NCBI GenBank assembly: GCA_002347655.1
Contig: DDWR01000024.1
Span: 59,685 to 123,684, forward strand
Direction: 5' to 3'
Length of the DNA stretch: 64,000 nucleotides
DNA from: Verrucomicrobia bacterium UBA2281
GTDB lineage: Bacteria; Verrucomicrobiota; Kiritimatiellia; CAIQIC01; Lenti-01
Positions 41,301 through 50,330 of this stretch are shown piece after piece. A program made the translations under genes and the position numbers. The notes below the pieces were generated by a model. That model worked only from the letters and a program-made list of their open reading frames with translations, searched no databases and had not been told where the DNA came from. Positions within the stretch are counted from its first letter, which is position 1, and each line of letters starts with the position of its first letter.

Positions 41301-41496
41301 CCTCGGCATGCTGCCCATCGCCGTCAGTTCCGGCATCGGCTCGGAAAACCGCGCGGGCATCGGCATTGCCTCCGTCGGCGGCATCCTCGTCGCCGGCCTG
41401 CTCACCCTGACCGTCCTGCCGCTGATCTACACCCTCTTCACCGGCCGGCCCAGAGGCGAAGCGCTTGCGAAATCCGGCCAACCTTGCGAAGATTGA
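38389..41496 (+). CDS. RND multidrug efflux permease (AcrB/HAE1 family)
   Basis: 1035 aa, 12 TM helices and two large periplasmic loops, typical AcrB N-terminus MFLANASTKRPIAMGCLLIALVVLG. Confidence 0.9.
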   Translation: MFLANASTKRPIAMGCLLIALVVLGLNSARKLSIEDMPAVDIPYIAVITTWVGASPEDVEKDVSKYIEDAVSGIDGLKHIESSSLENVSQVVLEFNLSVDVDTAAQDVREKLDPILSKLPADAERPVIQKININAKPIANVFLSGEAPIDDLYDYADNVVADRFATIPGVAEVQVIGGNEREVWVELDRDALAAAGLTAMDATAALQGGVLSLPGGRIRERGNEYSIRFDAEYQDVADIANLEVANRDGARRRLGDLGSVRLATAEVRQRAILDGKQGIVLKVVKKAEGNIVSVVEESRRRFEEIRETLPGGMELTWVSDEAANIQASVDSAISGVLQAVGVCALILFLFLVNLRTTVVVAITMPVTILIGLFFMQLVGQTLNTVTLLAIGLSTGVLVSNSIVVLENVVSKFETMDDHWAAAGEGASEVTVAVLASAGTNVVVMFPIAMMSSMVGRILAPFAVATLIVNAASIFVSFTLTPILCALLMQPASKRKDNALARFGQRWDAGFQAFAVRYANGLRRIARSRFFTAAVVLGFVALFLGTMKFGGGRLGFTFFETADNGRIFVRVETPPYYDLEKTVARIEGIQARLMGFPDLEHVLTTAGKAESMSGQASEGVYMGQIELFFAPKTERRWKIVDRIEEIRALLRDETDCLVSAALPSKMGGQNFQIDQNLSGDDLEELDRAALAIQAAALARPGVSTLETTVRDTKPEICIQPKRAVLSDLGLPAARLGAIVRANVDGIEAASYKRGDRTYDVRVKLAEREGKDQIRQFMLPGADGRPIPLETVADVVDARSFIQIYRVDKRRTVKILGDIRPGATMSGVGADLARTVAEKNLLPAGYTLGNSGMSEIMDDAIADFGEAILLAVFLTLLTLAAILESWSRPGFVLLTLPMALIGVVAGLVFSGSAITILVLLGILMLIGVVVNGAILIVDKMAQHLREGVCRREAMLTAMVEQFRPVLMVVLASGLGMLPIAVSSGIGSENRAGIGIASVGGILVAGLLTLTVLPLIYTLFTGRPRGEALAKSGQPCED

Positions 41497-41507
41497 TTCT
41501 CGAATCC

Positions 41508-42185
41508 ATGTCCACCGCCCAAGACATCCTCGCCGGCGCCCAGCGCTGGGAACTCCTGCGCAAGCGCCGCGCCAAGGAAACCGAGCGCTCCGTCTTCCGC
41601 GTGGACGACCGCTACGTCGTCAAGAAATTCGAGCTCCCGCGGACCGCGCGCCGCTACCGGCGCCCCTGGCTTGCCGAAGACGCCTGCCTGCGCCGCCTCG
41701 ACGGCCGCGGCGCGCCGCGCTCCTTCGGCTGGCACGAGGAAACCGCCGGCGACTGGCGCGTCGTCTGGCTGGTGAAGGAATACGTCGCCGGCACACCCGT
41801 CGAAACCTTCGCCGTGGGCGATCTGCCCGCCGCCGCCCGCCTGCTGGCGGGCGTCCACGCCCTGGCCGTCTTCACCGACGATGCCAGCGCCGGCAATTTC
41901 CTCCGCACCCCCGACGGCCAGATGGAGTTCCTCGATTTCGGCCGCGCCCGGCCCTACCGGCGCGCGGGGTGGCGCTTCGATGCCGCCATCGGCTGCGAAC
42001 TCGCCAAGCTGCGGCGCGAAGGCTTCCGCTGGGACGACGCGTTGTGGCGCGCCTTCCGGCCGCTCTATTTCGCGGCGCTCGGCGCCTCGAGATTCCGGCA
42101 AATCCGCATTCGCCTCGCCTGCGCCGCCGCCGTCGCGCTGCGCCAAGCGCGCAAGACCCTGCAAGGGAAAAACCCACGGAGCTGA
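41508..42185 (+). CDS. lipopolysaccharide/Kdo kinase-like protein (protein-kinase-like fold)
   Basis: ATG at 41508 (MSTAQDILAGAQRWELLRKRRAKETERSVFRVDDRYVVKKFE...), HxD-like FTDDASAGNF and DFGRA (DFG-like) motifs; 225 aa; inside spurious ORF 38937..42185. Confidence 0.55.
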   Translation: MSTAQDILAGAQRWELLRKRRAKETERSVFRVDDRYVVKKFELPRTARRYRRPWLAEDACLRRLDGRGAPRSFGWHEETAGDWRVVWLVKEYVAGTPVETFAVGDLPAAARLLAGVHALAVFTDDASAGNFLRTPDGQMEFLDFGRARPYRRAGWRFDAAIGCELAKLRREGFRWDDALWRAFRPLYFAALGASRFRQIRIRLACAAAVALRQARKTLQGKNPRS

Positions 42186-42252
42186 GCCGGGCCGGACGCG
42201 GCGAGCCGTTCGCTTTGCCACGCCGGCCCGCTTGGGGTATAGTGGGCGCTCC

Positions 42253-43194
42253 ATGGTGTTCTTCTTCCAGATCCTGTGCGTGCTCGGGCTCGTTTCCGCC
42301 GGCTTCTTCGCCCGGCGGCGCGGCCTGCTCTCCGCGCACGGCACCAACGACCTCGCCCACGTCGCGCTCTCCATCGTCTATCCCGCGCTCATCTTCGTCT
42401 CGATCCTCGAACTGTCCTTCGCCGACCTGCGCACGAACCTGACGCTGCCTCTGCTCGTCATGGCCATCGCCATGGTCGGTTTCGGGCTGGGCCTGCTGGC
42501 CGTGCGCTTCCTCGGGCGCGTGCCGCCGGAAACGTCCCGGGCCTTCCTCTTCCACTGCCTGATCAACAACTATTCGTTCCTGCCTCTGCCGCTCGTGCTG
42601 TTCCGCTACGGCGACTCCGGCGTGGCCCTGCTGGTGTTTTCCTCCGTGGGCTACGAGCTCCTGCTGTGGTCGCTCGGCGTCATGCTGTTCTCCCGCGCCG
42701 ACCGCAAGCGCGACCGGCTCAAGTCCCTCTTCAGCCCGCCGTTCGTCACGCTGCTGGCCAGCCTAGCCCTCGTCGCCGCGCGCGATCTCCTGCCCTGGCC
42801 CGCGCCGCCGCCGTGGCTGGCCTTGGCGGCCGACACTTTCCGCGGCGGCCTCAAGACCCTCGGCGCCGCCACCATCGCCCTGTCCATGCTCGTCGCCGGC
42901 AGCCGGTTCGCCACGCTGAAGTTCGCGACCATCCTCGGCTGGCGCATCTGGTTCGTCTCGGTCATCCGACTCGTCGCCGTGCCCCTCGTCATGATCCCCC
43001 TGCTCGGCGCGATCCCCATGGCCCCCGTCGCGCGCGGCATCCTCTACATCGTCTCCGTCATGCCCTCCGCCATGGTCAGCGTCCTCTTCTCCGAACGCTA
43101 CGGCGGCGACACGGACTTCATCGCCGGCGGTTTGCTCCTGACCCATCTCTGGGCGCTCGTGACGGTCCCGCTGTTCCTCGCCTGGGCGTTCTGA
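42253..43194 (+). CDS. AEC-family transporter (auxin efflux carrier/malate permease-like)
   Basis: ATG at 42253 (MVFFFQILCVLGLVSAGFFARRRGLL...), 10 TM segments; 313 aa. Confidence 0.7.
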   Translation: MVFFFQILCVLGLVSAGFFARRRGLLSAHGTNDLAHVALSIVYPALIFVSILELSFADLRTNLTLPLLVMAIAMVGFGLGLLAVRFLGRVPPETSRAFLFHCLINNYSFLPLPLVLFRYGDSGVALLVFSSVGYELLLWSLGVMLFSRADRKRDRLKSLFSPPFVTLLASLALVAARDLLPWPAPPPWLALAADTFRGGLKTLGAATIALSMLVAGSRFATLKFATILGWRIWFVSVIRLVAVPLVMIPLLGAIPMAPVARGILYIVSVMPSAMVSVLFSERYGGDTDFIAGGLLLTHLWALVTVPLFLAWAF

Positions 43195-43720
43195 ACGGGG
43201 CCAGCGCCGCCCGCCACGCCGCCAGCTTCTGCGCGAACGTGCGCGCCGCGTGCGCCGGGCTCGTGGAGGGCAGCCGCGCCAGTTTCAGCTTCGCCAGCCG
43301 CGCGCCGCATTCCGGCGCCACGTGCCGCCGGAACAGCGCTTCCGCCGGAGCGCCGTTGAAGACGATCGCTTCCAGTTCCGGATGCCGCGCCAGCAATTCG
43401 GGGATCGCGTTCGCTTCCCGCCGCCGCGGATGGATCGCGGAATCCAGGCTCCCCGGCCGGTGCGCGGCCCGCAGCACGTCCCACAGCATCACCCCGCGCG
43501 CCCCCAGCCTGCGCAGGCGCCGGTCGTACGGCCACTCCCGCCCCGTGCCGAACACTTCCCCCATGATCGGCCAGAACGCGTTGCGCGGATGCGCATAGTA
43601 CTGCCCCTGCCGGATCGATTCCGCGCTCGGTAGCGTGCCCAGGATCAGCACCCGCGCCCGCCGCGGCTCCACCGCGGGAAACCCCTCCGCCCAATGCTCA
43701 GCCTGCGAATTCATTCGCAT
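43118..43720 (-). CDS. uracil-DNA glycosylase superfamily protein (DNA-deoxyinosine glycosylase-like)
   Basis: RVLILGTLPSAESIRQGQYYAHPRNAFW...GVMLWDVL matches the UDG-superfamily motifs; the 3' end overlaps the AEC gene and the exact stop is uncertain. Confidence 0.6.
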   Translation of the reverse strand: MRMNSQAEHWAEGFPAVEPRRARVLILGTLPSAESIRQGQYYAHPRNAFWPIMGEVFGTGREWPYDRRLRRLGARGVMLWDVLRAAHRPGSLDSAIHPRRREANAIPELLARHPELEAIVFNGAPAEALFRRHVAPECGARLAKLKLARLPSTSPAHAARTFAQKLAAWRAALAPFRTPRRGTAGPSRAPRDGSGANRRR

Positions 43721-43759
43721 GGTTTTAGCCGACCTTTCAGCCCCCGAAATCTCGTCAAC

Positions 43760-43830
43760 GGAATTTAATTAATTACATATAGTGACGCCATGTATTGCAA
43801 TACATGAATTCATATATTGTAATTAATGAA
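43760..43830. promoter_or_regulatory. AT-rich nested palindromic region (candidate promoter/operator of the UDG-like gene)
   Basis: Perfect 16-bp palindrome ATGTATTGCAATACAT (43790-43805) nested inside the imperfect inverted repeat TAATTAATTACATATA / TATATTGTAATTAATGA; about 30% GC in a 68% GC genome; immediately upstream (minus sense) of 43118..43720. Confidence 0.5.
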
Positions 43831-43879
43831 CGGTTCTTCCGTGAGATATCCGCCATTCGACGCGGCCTTTCTCCAGCCA

Positions 43880-44368
43880 TTACTTCTCCGGCGTCTGGGG
43901 CACGAACCGCAGCGCGGCGGAGTTGATGCAGTAGCGCAGCCCCGTCGGCCGCGGCCCGTCGTCGAACACGTGCCCCAAGTGCGCGTCGCACCGCGCGCAG
44001 AGCACCTCCGTGCGCACCATGCCGCGGCTGCGGTCCTTCCGTTCCGCCACGTGCCCCGGCGCCGCCGGCTGGAAATAGCTCGGCCAACCCGTGCCCGACT
44101 CGAACTTGGCGGCCGACGAAAACAGCGGCAGATCGCAGCCCACGCAATGGTAGATGCCCGCCTCGTGGTGGTCGTGGAACGCCCCCGTGCAGGCGCGCTC
44201 CGTCCCTTGCTGCCGCGTCACGCGGTACTGCTCGGGCGTCAACAGCGCCCGCCACTCGGCATCGGTTTTCACGATCTTTTCCATGGGGACTCCTTCCGCC
44301 GGTTCCGCCCCGCGCCCAACGGAGACGAACCCCGCCGCCAAGGCCATGATGATGATTTCGCGTTTCAT
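43880..44368 (-). CDS. msrB: peptide-methionine (R)-S-oxide reductase MsrB with N-terminal signal peptide
   Basis: [11 protein letters not shown], CxxC...CxxC zinc ligands ([22 protein letters not shown]); start ATG at 44368 gives [18 protein letters not shown] signal; part of spurious fused track ORF 43880..45511. Confidence 0.85.
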   Translation of the reverse strand: MKREIIIMALAAGFVSVGRGAEPAEGVPMEKIVKTDAEWRALLTPEQYRVTRQQGTERACTGAFHDHHEAGIYHCVGCDLPLFSSAAKFESGTGWPSYFQPAAPGHVAERKDRSRGMVRTEVLCARCDAHLGHVFDDGPRPTGLRYCINSAALRFVPQTPEK

Positions 44369-44437
44369 GCCCGCCAATATACCCCATCCGGCCCTTTGGC
44401 GCTTGCGCCGACTTGCGCCGCGTGGCAAATTGTCGCC

Positions 44438-45322
44438 ATGGACGGCTCGTGGACAGAATGGCTCCGGCACATCCCCTTGCCCGGCGTGGGCGGGCTGCTG
44501 GAGATCCTCGTCCTGGCCGTGCTGTTCTACTACACCATCCTCTTCTTCCGCGGCACCCGCGGCGCCCAGGTCCTGCTCGGTTTCGTCACCGCCTTGGTCG
44601 CGCTGCTGGTCCTGACGCGGATTTTCAGCCTCGACACCTTGAATTGGCTGCTCCAGCAGGTCTCCGTCTATCTCGTCATCGCCTTCGTCGTCATCTTCCA
44701 GCCCGAAATCCGCCGGGCCCTCGCCGAACTGGGCAAGCAGCACGTGTTTTCCACCCAGCGCGAGCGCGGCATGCTCGACGAAATCGTCAAGGCCGTCGCG
44801 TTGCTGGCCGCGGACAAGATCGGCGCGCTCATCGCCATCGAGCGCGAAATCGGCACCCTCGCCGTGCAGGAGTCCGGCACGCGCCTCGACGCGGCGGTCT
44901 CCGCCGACCTGCTCGCCACGATCTTCTATCCCCGCACCGCGCTGCACGACGGCGGCGTCATCATCGAAGGCGACCGCGTCCGCGCCGCCGGCTGCGTGTT
45001 TCCGCTCTCCTCGCGCGACATCGGCAAAACCGGCACCCGCCACCGCGCCGCCGTCGGCCTCTCCGAGGAAACCGACGCCCTCGTCGTCGTCGTGTCCGAG
45101 GAAACCGGCGCCATTTCCCTCGCCTACAAGGGCCGGCTCATCCGCGGCCTCGACGAAGAACGGCTCCGCCGCATCCTCGCGTCCGTCCTGATGCGCGGCG
45201 CCAAATCCACCCAGGGCCGCTGGCAGCGCCTCCGCCGCAACCTCGACCTCTCCGCCGAAGGCCTCGCCCACACCGACGAACTGATGGAGCGCGAATTTGA
45301 AGAGCCCCCGAAAAATCCTTGA
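44438..45322 (+). CDS. cdaA: diadenylate cyclase CdaA
   Basis: ATG at 44438 ([15 protein letters not shown]...), three N-terminal TM helices, DAC domain with DGA (HDGGVII) and RHR ([10 protein letters not shown]) motifs. Confidence 0.88.
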   Translation: MDGSWTEWLRHIPLPGVGGLLEILVLAVLFYYTILFFRGTRGAQVLLGFVTALVALLVLTRIFSLDTLNWLLQQVSVYLVIAFVVIFQPEIRRALAELGKQHVFSTQRERGMLDEIVKAVALLAADKIGALIAIEREIGTLAVQESGTRLDAAVSADLLATIFYPRTALHDGGVIIEGDRVRAAGCVFPLSSRDIGKTGTRHRAAVGLSEETDALVVVVSEETGAISLAYKGRLIRGLDEERLRRILASVLMRGAKSTQGRWQRLRRNLDLSAEGLAHTDELMEREFEEPPKNP

Positions 45323-46247
45323 GTATCTCGGCACCCGCAACGGCCTGCGCCTGGTTTCCGCGGTGGCCGCCGTCGCGGTCTGGTACGCCATCCGCTCCGC
45401 CACCAGCAATTCCACCCTCGTCACGGACATCGCCCTGACCATCCAGCCGCCGCCGGACTGGAGCGTCGTGGACTGCTCCGCCAAGACCGTCGACGTCGCC
45501 TTCCTCGGCACGCGCGACGACCTGCGCTATCTCAACCGCGAACTGATCAAGGCCACCGTCGACGCCCGCGACCAGCAGCACAACCGCCCGGTCACCGTCG
45601 TCCTCGGTTCGGCCAACGTCAACATCTTCGGCAACGCCCGCATCGATTTCATCCGCCCGGCCACCGTCACGCTGCGCCTCGACCGGGAAATCCAGAGGCA
45701 AGTCCCCGTCAAGGTCGAAACCCAGAACCTGTTGCCGGACGGCTACGAGATCGAAAAGACCGTCGTGACTCCGGCGACCGTGCTGTTGTCCGGCCCGGCC
45801 CAGATCGTCGACGGCGTCGAATCCATCCGTACCGCGCCCGTCGATCTCGACGGCCGCATCCGCTCGTTCAACAAGCGCCGCCTGCCGCTCGTTCCCGGCG
45901 ACAATTTCGCCGGCGTCAAGCTCGACCCGGTCGCCGTCACCCTCGATATGGCGATCGTCGAGCGCTCCGTCAGCACCCGCTTCCCGGACATGCCCATTCT
46001 GCCGATGCTGCCGCCCGGCCGCGCCCGCCGCGTCGATCTCGAACCCGACGTCGCCACCCTCACCGTCAAGGGCCGGCCCGAACTCATCAACGCCCTCGCC
46101 GCCGAAGATCTCCGCCTGTTCGTGGATCTGTCGGAACTCGACGACGACAAGCCGGCCAAGGCCCTGCCCGTGCGGGCCGTGTTGCCCAACGGCATCGTCT
46201 TCGTGCGGACCGAGCCGTCCGCCGTCGAGGCCCGGTCGAAGGAGTAG
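45297..46247 (+). CDS. cdaR: CdaA regulatory protein CdaR (YbbR-like domain protein)
   Basis: N-terminal TM, repeated YbbR-like beta-rich domains; conserved cdaA-cdaR adjacency with overlapping start. Confidence 0.75.
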   Translation: MKSPRKILEYLGTRNGLRLVSAVAAVAVWYAIRSATSNSTLVTDIALTIQPPPDWSVVDCSAKTVDVAFLGTRDDLRYLNRELIKATVDARDQQHNRPVTVVLGSANVNIFGNARIDFIRPATVTLRLDREIQRQVPVKVETQNLLPDGYEIEKTVVTPATVLLSGPAQIVDGVESIRTAPVDLDGRIRSFNKRRLPLVPGDNFAGVKLDPVAVTLDMAIVERSVSTRFPDMPILPMLPPGRARRVDLEPDVATLTVKGRPELINALAAEDLRLFVDLSELDDDKPAKALPVRAVLPNGIVFVRTEPSAVEARSKE

Positions 46248-46249
46248 CG

Positions 46250-46849
46250 ATGCGCCGCCCGTGGGTCCTCGCCGCCTGGCCGCTTGTCGGTTGGCTGCTC
46301 CTTGCGCCCGCCGGCGCCGGCTGGCGCGACCTGCCGGTGCCGCCCGAGGCCGAGCGGCTCAACCGCACCGCCGACCACGCCGCCAGCGCCGCCACGGCCG
46401 TCCGGCTCTACGCCCAGTCCCTCAAGCTGGCGCCGCGCAACGGGCCCGCCCTCTACGGCCTCGGGCGCGCCCTGCTCGACCAGGATCGCCCCGCCGAAGC
46501 CCTCAAGGTTTTCCGGCGGCTGGCCGTTTCGTTCCCCGGCGAACCGGAAATCCTCGAAGCCCTCGCCGCCGCCATCGCCCGCCAGCCCGACCTGCGCCGC
46601 GCCGACGTGGCCGAAGGCCGCGCCCTCGCCGACCGGGCCGCGCAGCTCCAGCCCGACCGCCCCGAAGCCTGGCACGGGCTCTCCGTCCTGTGCCACCTCG
46701 ACGGCGACTACGCCGCCGGCGCCGAAGCCGCCCGCCGCGCCGTCGAACTCGACGCCCGGAATCCTTCCGACCCCGAAACCACGGCCCTCTACCAGCAACA
46801 GGAGATCGCATGCACCGACGCCTTGTCCGTCTTCTCGCCCTTGGACTGA
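46250..46849 (+). CDS. TPR-repeat protein with signal peptide
   Basis: MRRPWVLAAWPLVGWLLLAPAGA signal; TPR-like pairs (AVRLYAQSLKLAPRNGPALYGLGRALL...). Confidence 0.6.
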   Translation: MRRPWVLAAWPLVGWLLLAPAGAGWRDLPVPPEAERLNRTADHAASAATAVRLYAQSLKLAPRNGPALYGLGRALLDQDRPAEALKVFRRLAVSFPGEPEILEALAAAIARQPDLRRADVAEGRALADRAAQLQPDRPEAWHGLSVLCHLDGDYAAGAEAARRAVELDARNPSDPETTALYQQQEIACTDALSVFSPLD

Positions 46850-47562
46850 TCCTCGCCCGCCCCGCCTTCGCCCAGGACTCCTCCCCGGCTTCAGATCCCC
46901 TCTCTCCGGCTTCGGACCTCGGATCTCGGACCTCGGACTTCGCCCCTCCTCCCGTCTACCCCGTCGGCTCCGAGCCCCAGCCCGAGCCCTCGCCCGTCCG
47001 CTGGGAAGGCCAGACCGCCCTCCTCGGCGCCGTGCGGCTCGATTCCGCCACCAAGACCGTGACCGCCACCGGCTGGGTCAACCAGACCGCCGGGGCCATC
47101 GAAGTCCTCGCCTGCGGCCTCGCCGGCAAGGTCCATGAATCCGTCTTCGTCCTGCCCGTCAACGCCCTCGATCTGCAGGCCGCGCTGCTGCTTGCCGGCC
47201 TCAAGGGCGGCGAACCCATGCCCGCCATCGGCCAAGGACCGCCCAAGGGCTCGCCCGTGGATATTTTCGTCGATTGGCAGGCCGACGGCGAGCCCAAGAC
47301 CGCCCGCGCCGAGTCGTTCGTGTGGAACGTCGAAGAAAACGCCGTTTTGCCCGACGCCCCCTGGACCTTCACCGGCTCCATGATCAAGGAGGGGCAGTTC
47401 AAGGCCTTCGCCGAAGAATCCTTCGTCGTCACCTACTGGGATCCCTACGCCATCGTCAATCTTTCCCACCCCGCCGGATCCAACGACGAACTCCTCGTCG
47501 TCAACACCAACGTCGTCCCCGCAGTCAAAACCCCCGTCGCCCTCCGCTTCATCCCGCGCTAG
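46810..47562 (+). CDS. hypothetical secreted protein
   Basis: ATG at 46810 (MHRRLVRLLALGLILARPAFAQDSSPASD...), signal peptide, Pro-rich linker, conserved-looking core TGWVNQTAGAIEVLACG; inside spurious track ORF 46261..47562. Confidence 0.55.
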   Translation: MHRRLVRLLALGLILARPAFAQDSSPASDPLSPASDLGSRTSDFAPPPVYPVGSEPQPEPSPVRWEGQTALLGAVRLDSATKTVTATGWVNQTAGAIEVLACGLAGKVHESVFVLPVNALDLQAALLLAGLKGGEPMPAIGQGPPKGSPVDIFVDWQADGEPKTARAESFVWNVEENAVLPDAPWTFTGSMIKEGQFKAFAEESFVVTYWDPYAIVNLSHPAGSNDELLVVNTNVVPAVKTPVALRFIPR

Positions 47563-47896
47563 CCCCACGCAAGGCCCGCAAGAATCAAGGATAGAGCCCC
47601 GAACGGCTCACGCAAAGGCACCAAGCCGCAAAAAGATAAATTCCGTCTTCTCGGCGCCTCTGCGTCTTTGCGCGAGAAAATCCGGCTTCCCTCGATCAAA
47701 TAATTCGTTGTTTGACCCGGCTTTTGCCCCATTCGCGTGAATTCGCGTTCATTTGCAAATAGGGCCTTCGGAGCCCCAATACGGATGGGCACGGATTGAA
47801 TCATGGCCCCGCCGGGTCTATTCCCAATGCTGCGGCCCGTTGACCCCCTTCCGCGTTTTGCCTAATATCAGGCCAGTAAAGGCCAACTCACAAGGC

Positions 47897-48442
47897 ATGG
47901 AACAGGCAACTCGATTTGAGGCCACATCATTGTCCGCCAAGTTACCGATGAAAACCGGCACCAAGCGATCCGCGGCATATTTCCTCCTGCTCGGAGCCGC
48001 AGGCTATGTGCTCCACGGACTCGACAACCAGATGCTGTTCGCCTACATGCCCTACTGGCTGGCGCTAGGTGCGTGCGCGGCCGTTCTTGTTCCGCTTGTG
48101 CCCAAAGGGCCGTGGATGGTTAAAACGGCAGCCCTGGCTATATTCGCCGTTTGGCTTCTGGCGGTTCTTCCCCAATCGAGATCCAGCGAGCTCAAAGGGT
48201 TTTACGTGGACGCGTGGAGCCTCAAGCGCGGCATGAGCGTCGCCCAAGTCGATGAAATCATGGCGAAGTACGTCAAAAACCCCTCCGGCCCCCTGTCGGG
48301 TGCGCACATGGTCGGCATCGCCGAATCCGCCGCCGAGCACGATGCGCGGATTCTCTACACGCACAAGGACCACCCCGCCGATTGGTGCGTGGTCTATCCG
48401 CAAGACGGAATCGTCCAGCGAGTGGTGATCCATCCGGATTGA
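47897..48442 (+). CDS. hypothetical membrane protein
   Basis: Internal ATG at 47897 (MEQATRFEATSLSAKLPMKTGTKRSAAYFLLLGAAGYV...), 3-4 TM segments; lower GC than the core genome; start uncertain (47753/47897/47948). Confidence 0.5.
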   Translation: MEQATRFEATSLSAKLPMKTGTKRSAAYFLLLGAAGYVLHGLDNQMLFAYMPYWLALGACAAVLVPLVPKGPWMVKTAALAIFAVWLLAVLPQSRSSELKGFYVDAWSLKRGMSVAQVDEIMAKYVKNPSGPLSGAHMVGIAESAAEHDARILYTHKDHPADWCVVYPQDGIVQRVVIHPD

Positions 48443-48480
48443 CGTTCGCCTTGACATATGCATATGAATGAAGCATATTC

Positions 48481-48678
48481 ATGCACATGAGGACCACCAT
48501 CATCATCAAAGAAGACGTGCTCTCCAAGGCCTCGGCCTTGACGGGCGTGAAAGAAAAGACCGCGCTCGTCCATATGGGGCTGGAAGCCCTCATTGCGCGG
48601 GCCAGCGCGGCACGACTCGCCAGGCTGGGCCGATCGGAGCGGGGCTTGCGGCCCATCCCGCGGCGCAGGATTCCGTAA
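48481..48678 (+). CDS. vapB: type II antitoxin, VapB family
   Basis: 65 aa, MRTTIIIKEDVLSKASALTGVKEKTALVHMGLEALI..., abuts vapC with a 1-nt gap. Confidence 0.8.
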   Translation: MHMRTTIIIKEDVLSKASALTGVKEKTALVHMGLEALIARASAARLARLGRSERGLRPIPRRRIP

Positions 48679-49032
48679 ATGATCCTCGTCGACACGTCCG
48701 TATGGGTCGACCACCTGCGCAATGGCAACGAGGCTTTGGCCGAGTTGCTGCTCAAGGACGAGGTGGCATGCCATCCAATGGTGATCGGCGAATTGGCTTG
48801 CGGAAACCTCAAGCGCCGGAAAGAACTTCTGGCGCTGTTGCACGCCCTGCCCTTGGTCGAGCGCGTGTCGGACGATGAAATACTCTTTTTCATCGAACAA
48901 CGCCGCCTTAGCGGGCGTGGCCTGGGATTGGTCGATATGCACATCCTCGCATCCTGCGCAATTTCCCATGCGACGTTATGGACGTTGGATGGTCGGCTGC
49001 AGCAGGCGGCAGATGTCATGGCCAGACCATAA
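48679..49032 (+). CDS. vapC: type II toxin VapC (PIN-domain ribonuclease)
   Basis: MILVDTSVWVDHL (PIN Asp), ...LVDMHILASC...; 117 aa. Confidence 0.85.
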   Translation: MILVDTSVWVDHLRNGNEALAELLLKDEVACHPMVIGELACGNLKRRKELLALLHALPLVERVSDDEILFFIEQRRLSGRGLGLVDMHILASCAISHATLWTLDGRLQQAADVMARP

Positions 49033-49065
49033 GGAGTTTCATTTCGTTGCGCCCCTGCGCGCCGC

Positions 49066-49602
49066 ATGTGGTGCGCGGGTGAACGCCGACGCCAATTGCT
49101 GGACACCATGATCGCCATTCGCCAAGACATCCGGCCGGAGGATTGCCGGCGCGCGGTATTTTTGTACCTGCGGCCGCGGCCAGGCTACGGGGTGGCCGGG
49201 ACCCTGATCCTGGCGCTGGCCGCCCTGGGAACCATCCAGAAGATTTGTTCGCCCAACCCGTGGACCTCGTCCACGTTCGTGCCATTGGCCAGCTTGGCGT
49301 TCCTCGCCGTTTTCTTCTTCGTCGTGCTCCCCTGGCAGGCCACCCGGCACTTCAGGCAAAATCGCTTCTTGGCCCACCCGACCGAATACCGGATCGACGA
49401 GACCGGAGTGCACGTTCAGTCGGACCTCGGCACGACGGAAATCCCGTGGGACCACCTGCGCAAGTGGAAAGAGAACCGGCGGCTGATCCTGCTGTACCCG
49501 ACGGACGCGACGTACTTCCTCTTCCCGCGCCGGCTGTTCACCGCCGAGGAGTGGGAGGAATTCCGCGCCCTCGCGGCCAAGCACCTGAAAAAGAGCCGCT
49601 GA
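49066..49602 (+). CDS. YcxB-like membrane protein (PH-like domain)
   Basis: Two TM helices (GVAGTLILALAALG, LASLAFLAVFFFVVL), then TEYRIDETGVHVQSDLGTTEIPWDHLRKWKENRRLILLY typical of the YcxB family. Confidence 0.6.
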   Translation: MWCAGERRRQLLDTMIAIRQDIRPEDCRRAVFLYLRPRPGYGVAGTLILALAALGTIQKICSPNPWTSSTFVPLASLAFLAVFFFVVLPWQATRHFRQNRFLAHPTEYRIDETGVHVQSDLGTTEIPWDHLRKWKENRRLILLYPTDATYFLFPRRLFTAEEWEEFRALAAKHLKKSR

Positions 49603-49654
49603 CCCGCGCCGATGCTCTCCGCTTCGTCCCGCCTTAATCCTGCCCCGGCCCAAA

Positions 49655-49700
49655 CTTGAACCTTGGACATTGATTATTGGATATTGGATATTCCGCCCCC
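49655..49700. repeat. MITE-like element, half-copy C
   Basis: cttgaaccttggacattgattattggatattggatattccgccccc equals one arm of the element at 56566-56712 including the ttccgccccc terminus. Confidence 0.5.
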
Positions 49701-49722
49701 ATCCGTTTGGCGAATATTCAGG

Positions 49723-50322
49723 CTAAATCTTTCGCACGGACAGCCGCCCGATGGGCTTGGTGGCGACGTAGTAGCGCTCGAAGTCGGTCTGTTCGTCTTC
49801 CGGCGGGACGTAGGGCGCAACGGGCGCGAAGCGCGCATCGCCCGCGAAGATGCCCGAGAGCTGCTCGAAGTACGGCAGGTGGTCGGTCGCCACGTGCACG
49901 ACGCCGCCGGGCGCGAGCGTCCGGTGCAGGGCGTCGAGGAACAACTTGTTGAACAGCCGGTGGCCTTCGTGCCGGGCCTTGGGCCACGGATCGGGGAAAA
50001 AGACGTAGTAGACGTCCACCGCGGCGGGCGGAATCAGATAGGCCACCGCGTAGTAACCTTCCACGCGCATCAGGCGCACGTTGTCCAGGTCGAGCCGCCG
50101 CGCGCGGTTGTCCACCTTGCGGATGCGCCGCAGCATGCGGTCGATGCCGAGGAAATTGGTTTCGGGGCATTTCGCCGCGCGGGCCAGCAGGAACCGCCCC
50201 TTGCCGCTGCCCAGATCGATCTCCAGCCGCCGCTCCGGATGCGCGAATCCCTCGCGCACGGGCAAGGGCCCGAGCCATTCGGCTTCCGTTTGCGGCTCCC
50301 GCCGCAGGCTGTCCGCGATCAT
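49723..50322 (-). CDS. trmB: tRNA (guanine46-N7)-methyltransferase
   Basis: Start ATG at 50322 (MIADSLRREPQ...), SAM motif EIDLGSGKGRF, ...YYVFFPDPWPK; 199 aa; C-terminal part of fused track ORF 49723..51261. Confidence 0.88.
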   Translation of the reverse strand: MIADSLRREPQTEAEWLGPLPVREGFAHPERRLEIDLGSGKGRFLLARAAKCPETNFLGIDRMLRRIRKVDNRARRLDLDNVRLMRVEGYYAVAYLIPPAAVDVYYVFFPDPWPKARHEGHRLFNKLFLDALHRTLAPGGVVHVATDHLPYFEQLSGIFAGDARFAPVAPYVPPEDEQTDFERYYVATKPIGRLSVRKI

Positions 50323-50330
50323 CGCCGCGC

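Noticed and set aside
43880-45511. 543-aa ORF fusing msrB with upstream sequence, and 498-aa ORF 43826..45322
   Set aside because: Real genes start at internal ATGs (msrB 44368, cdaA 44438). The N-terminal extensions are antisense junk.
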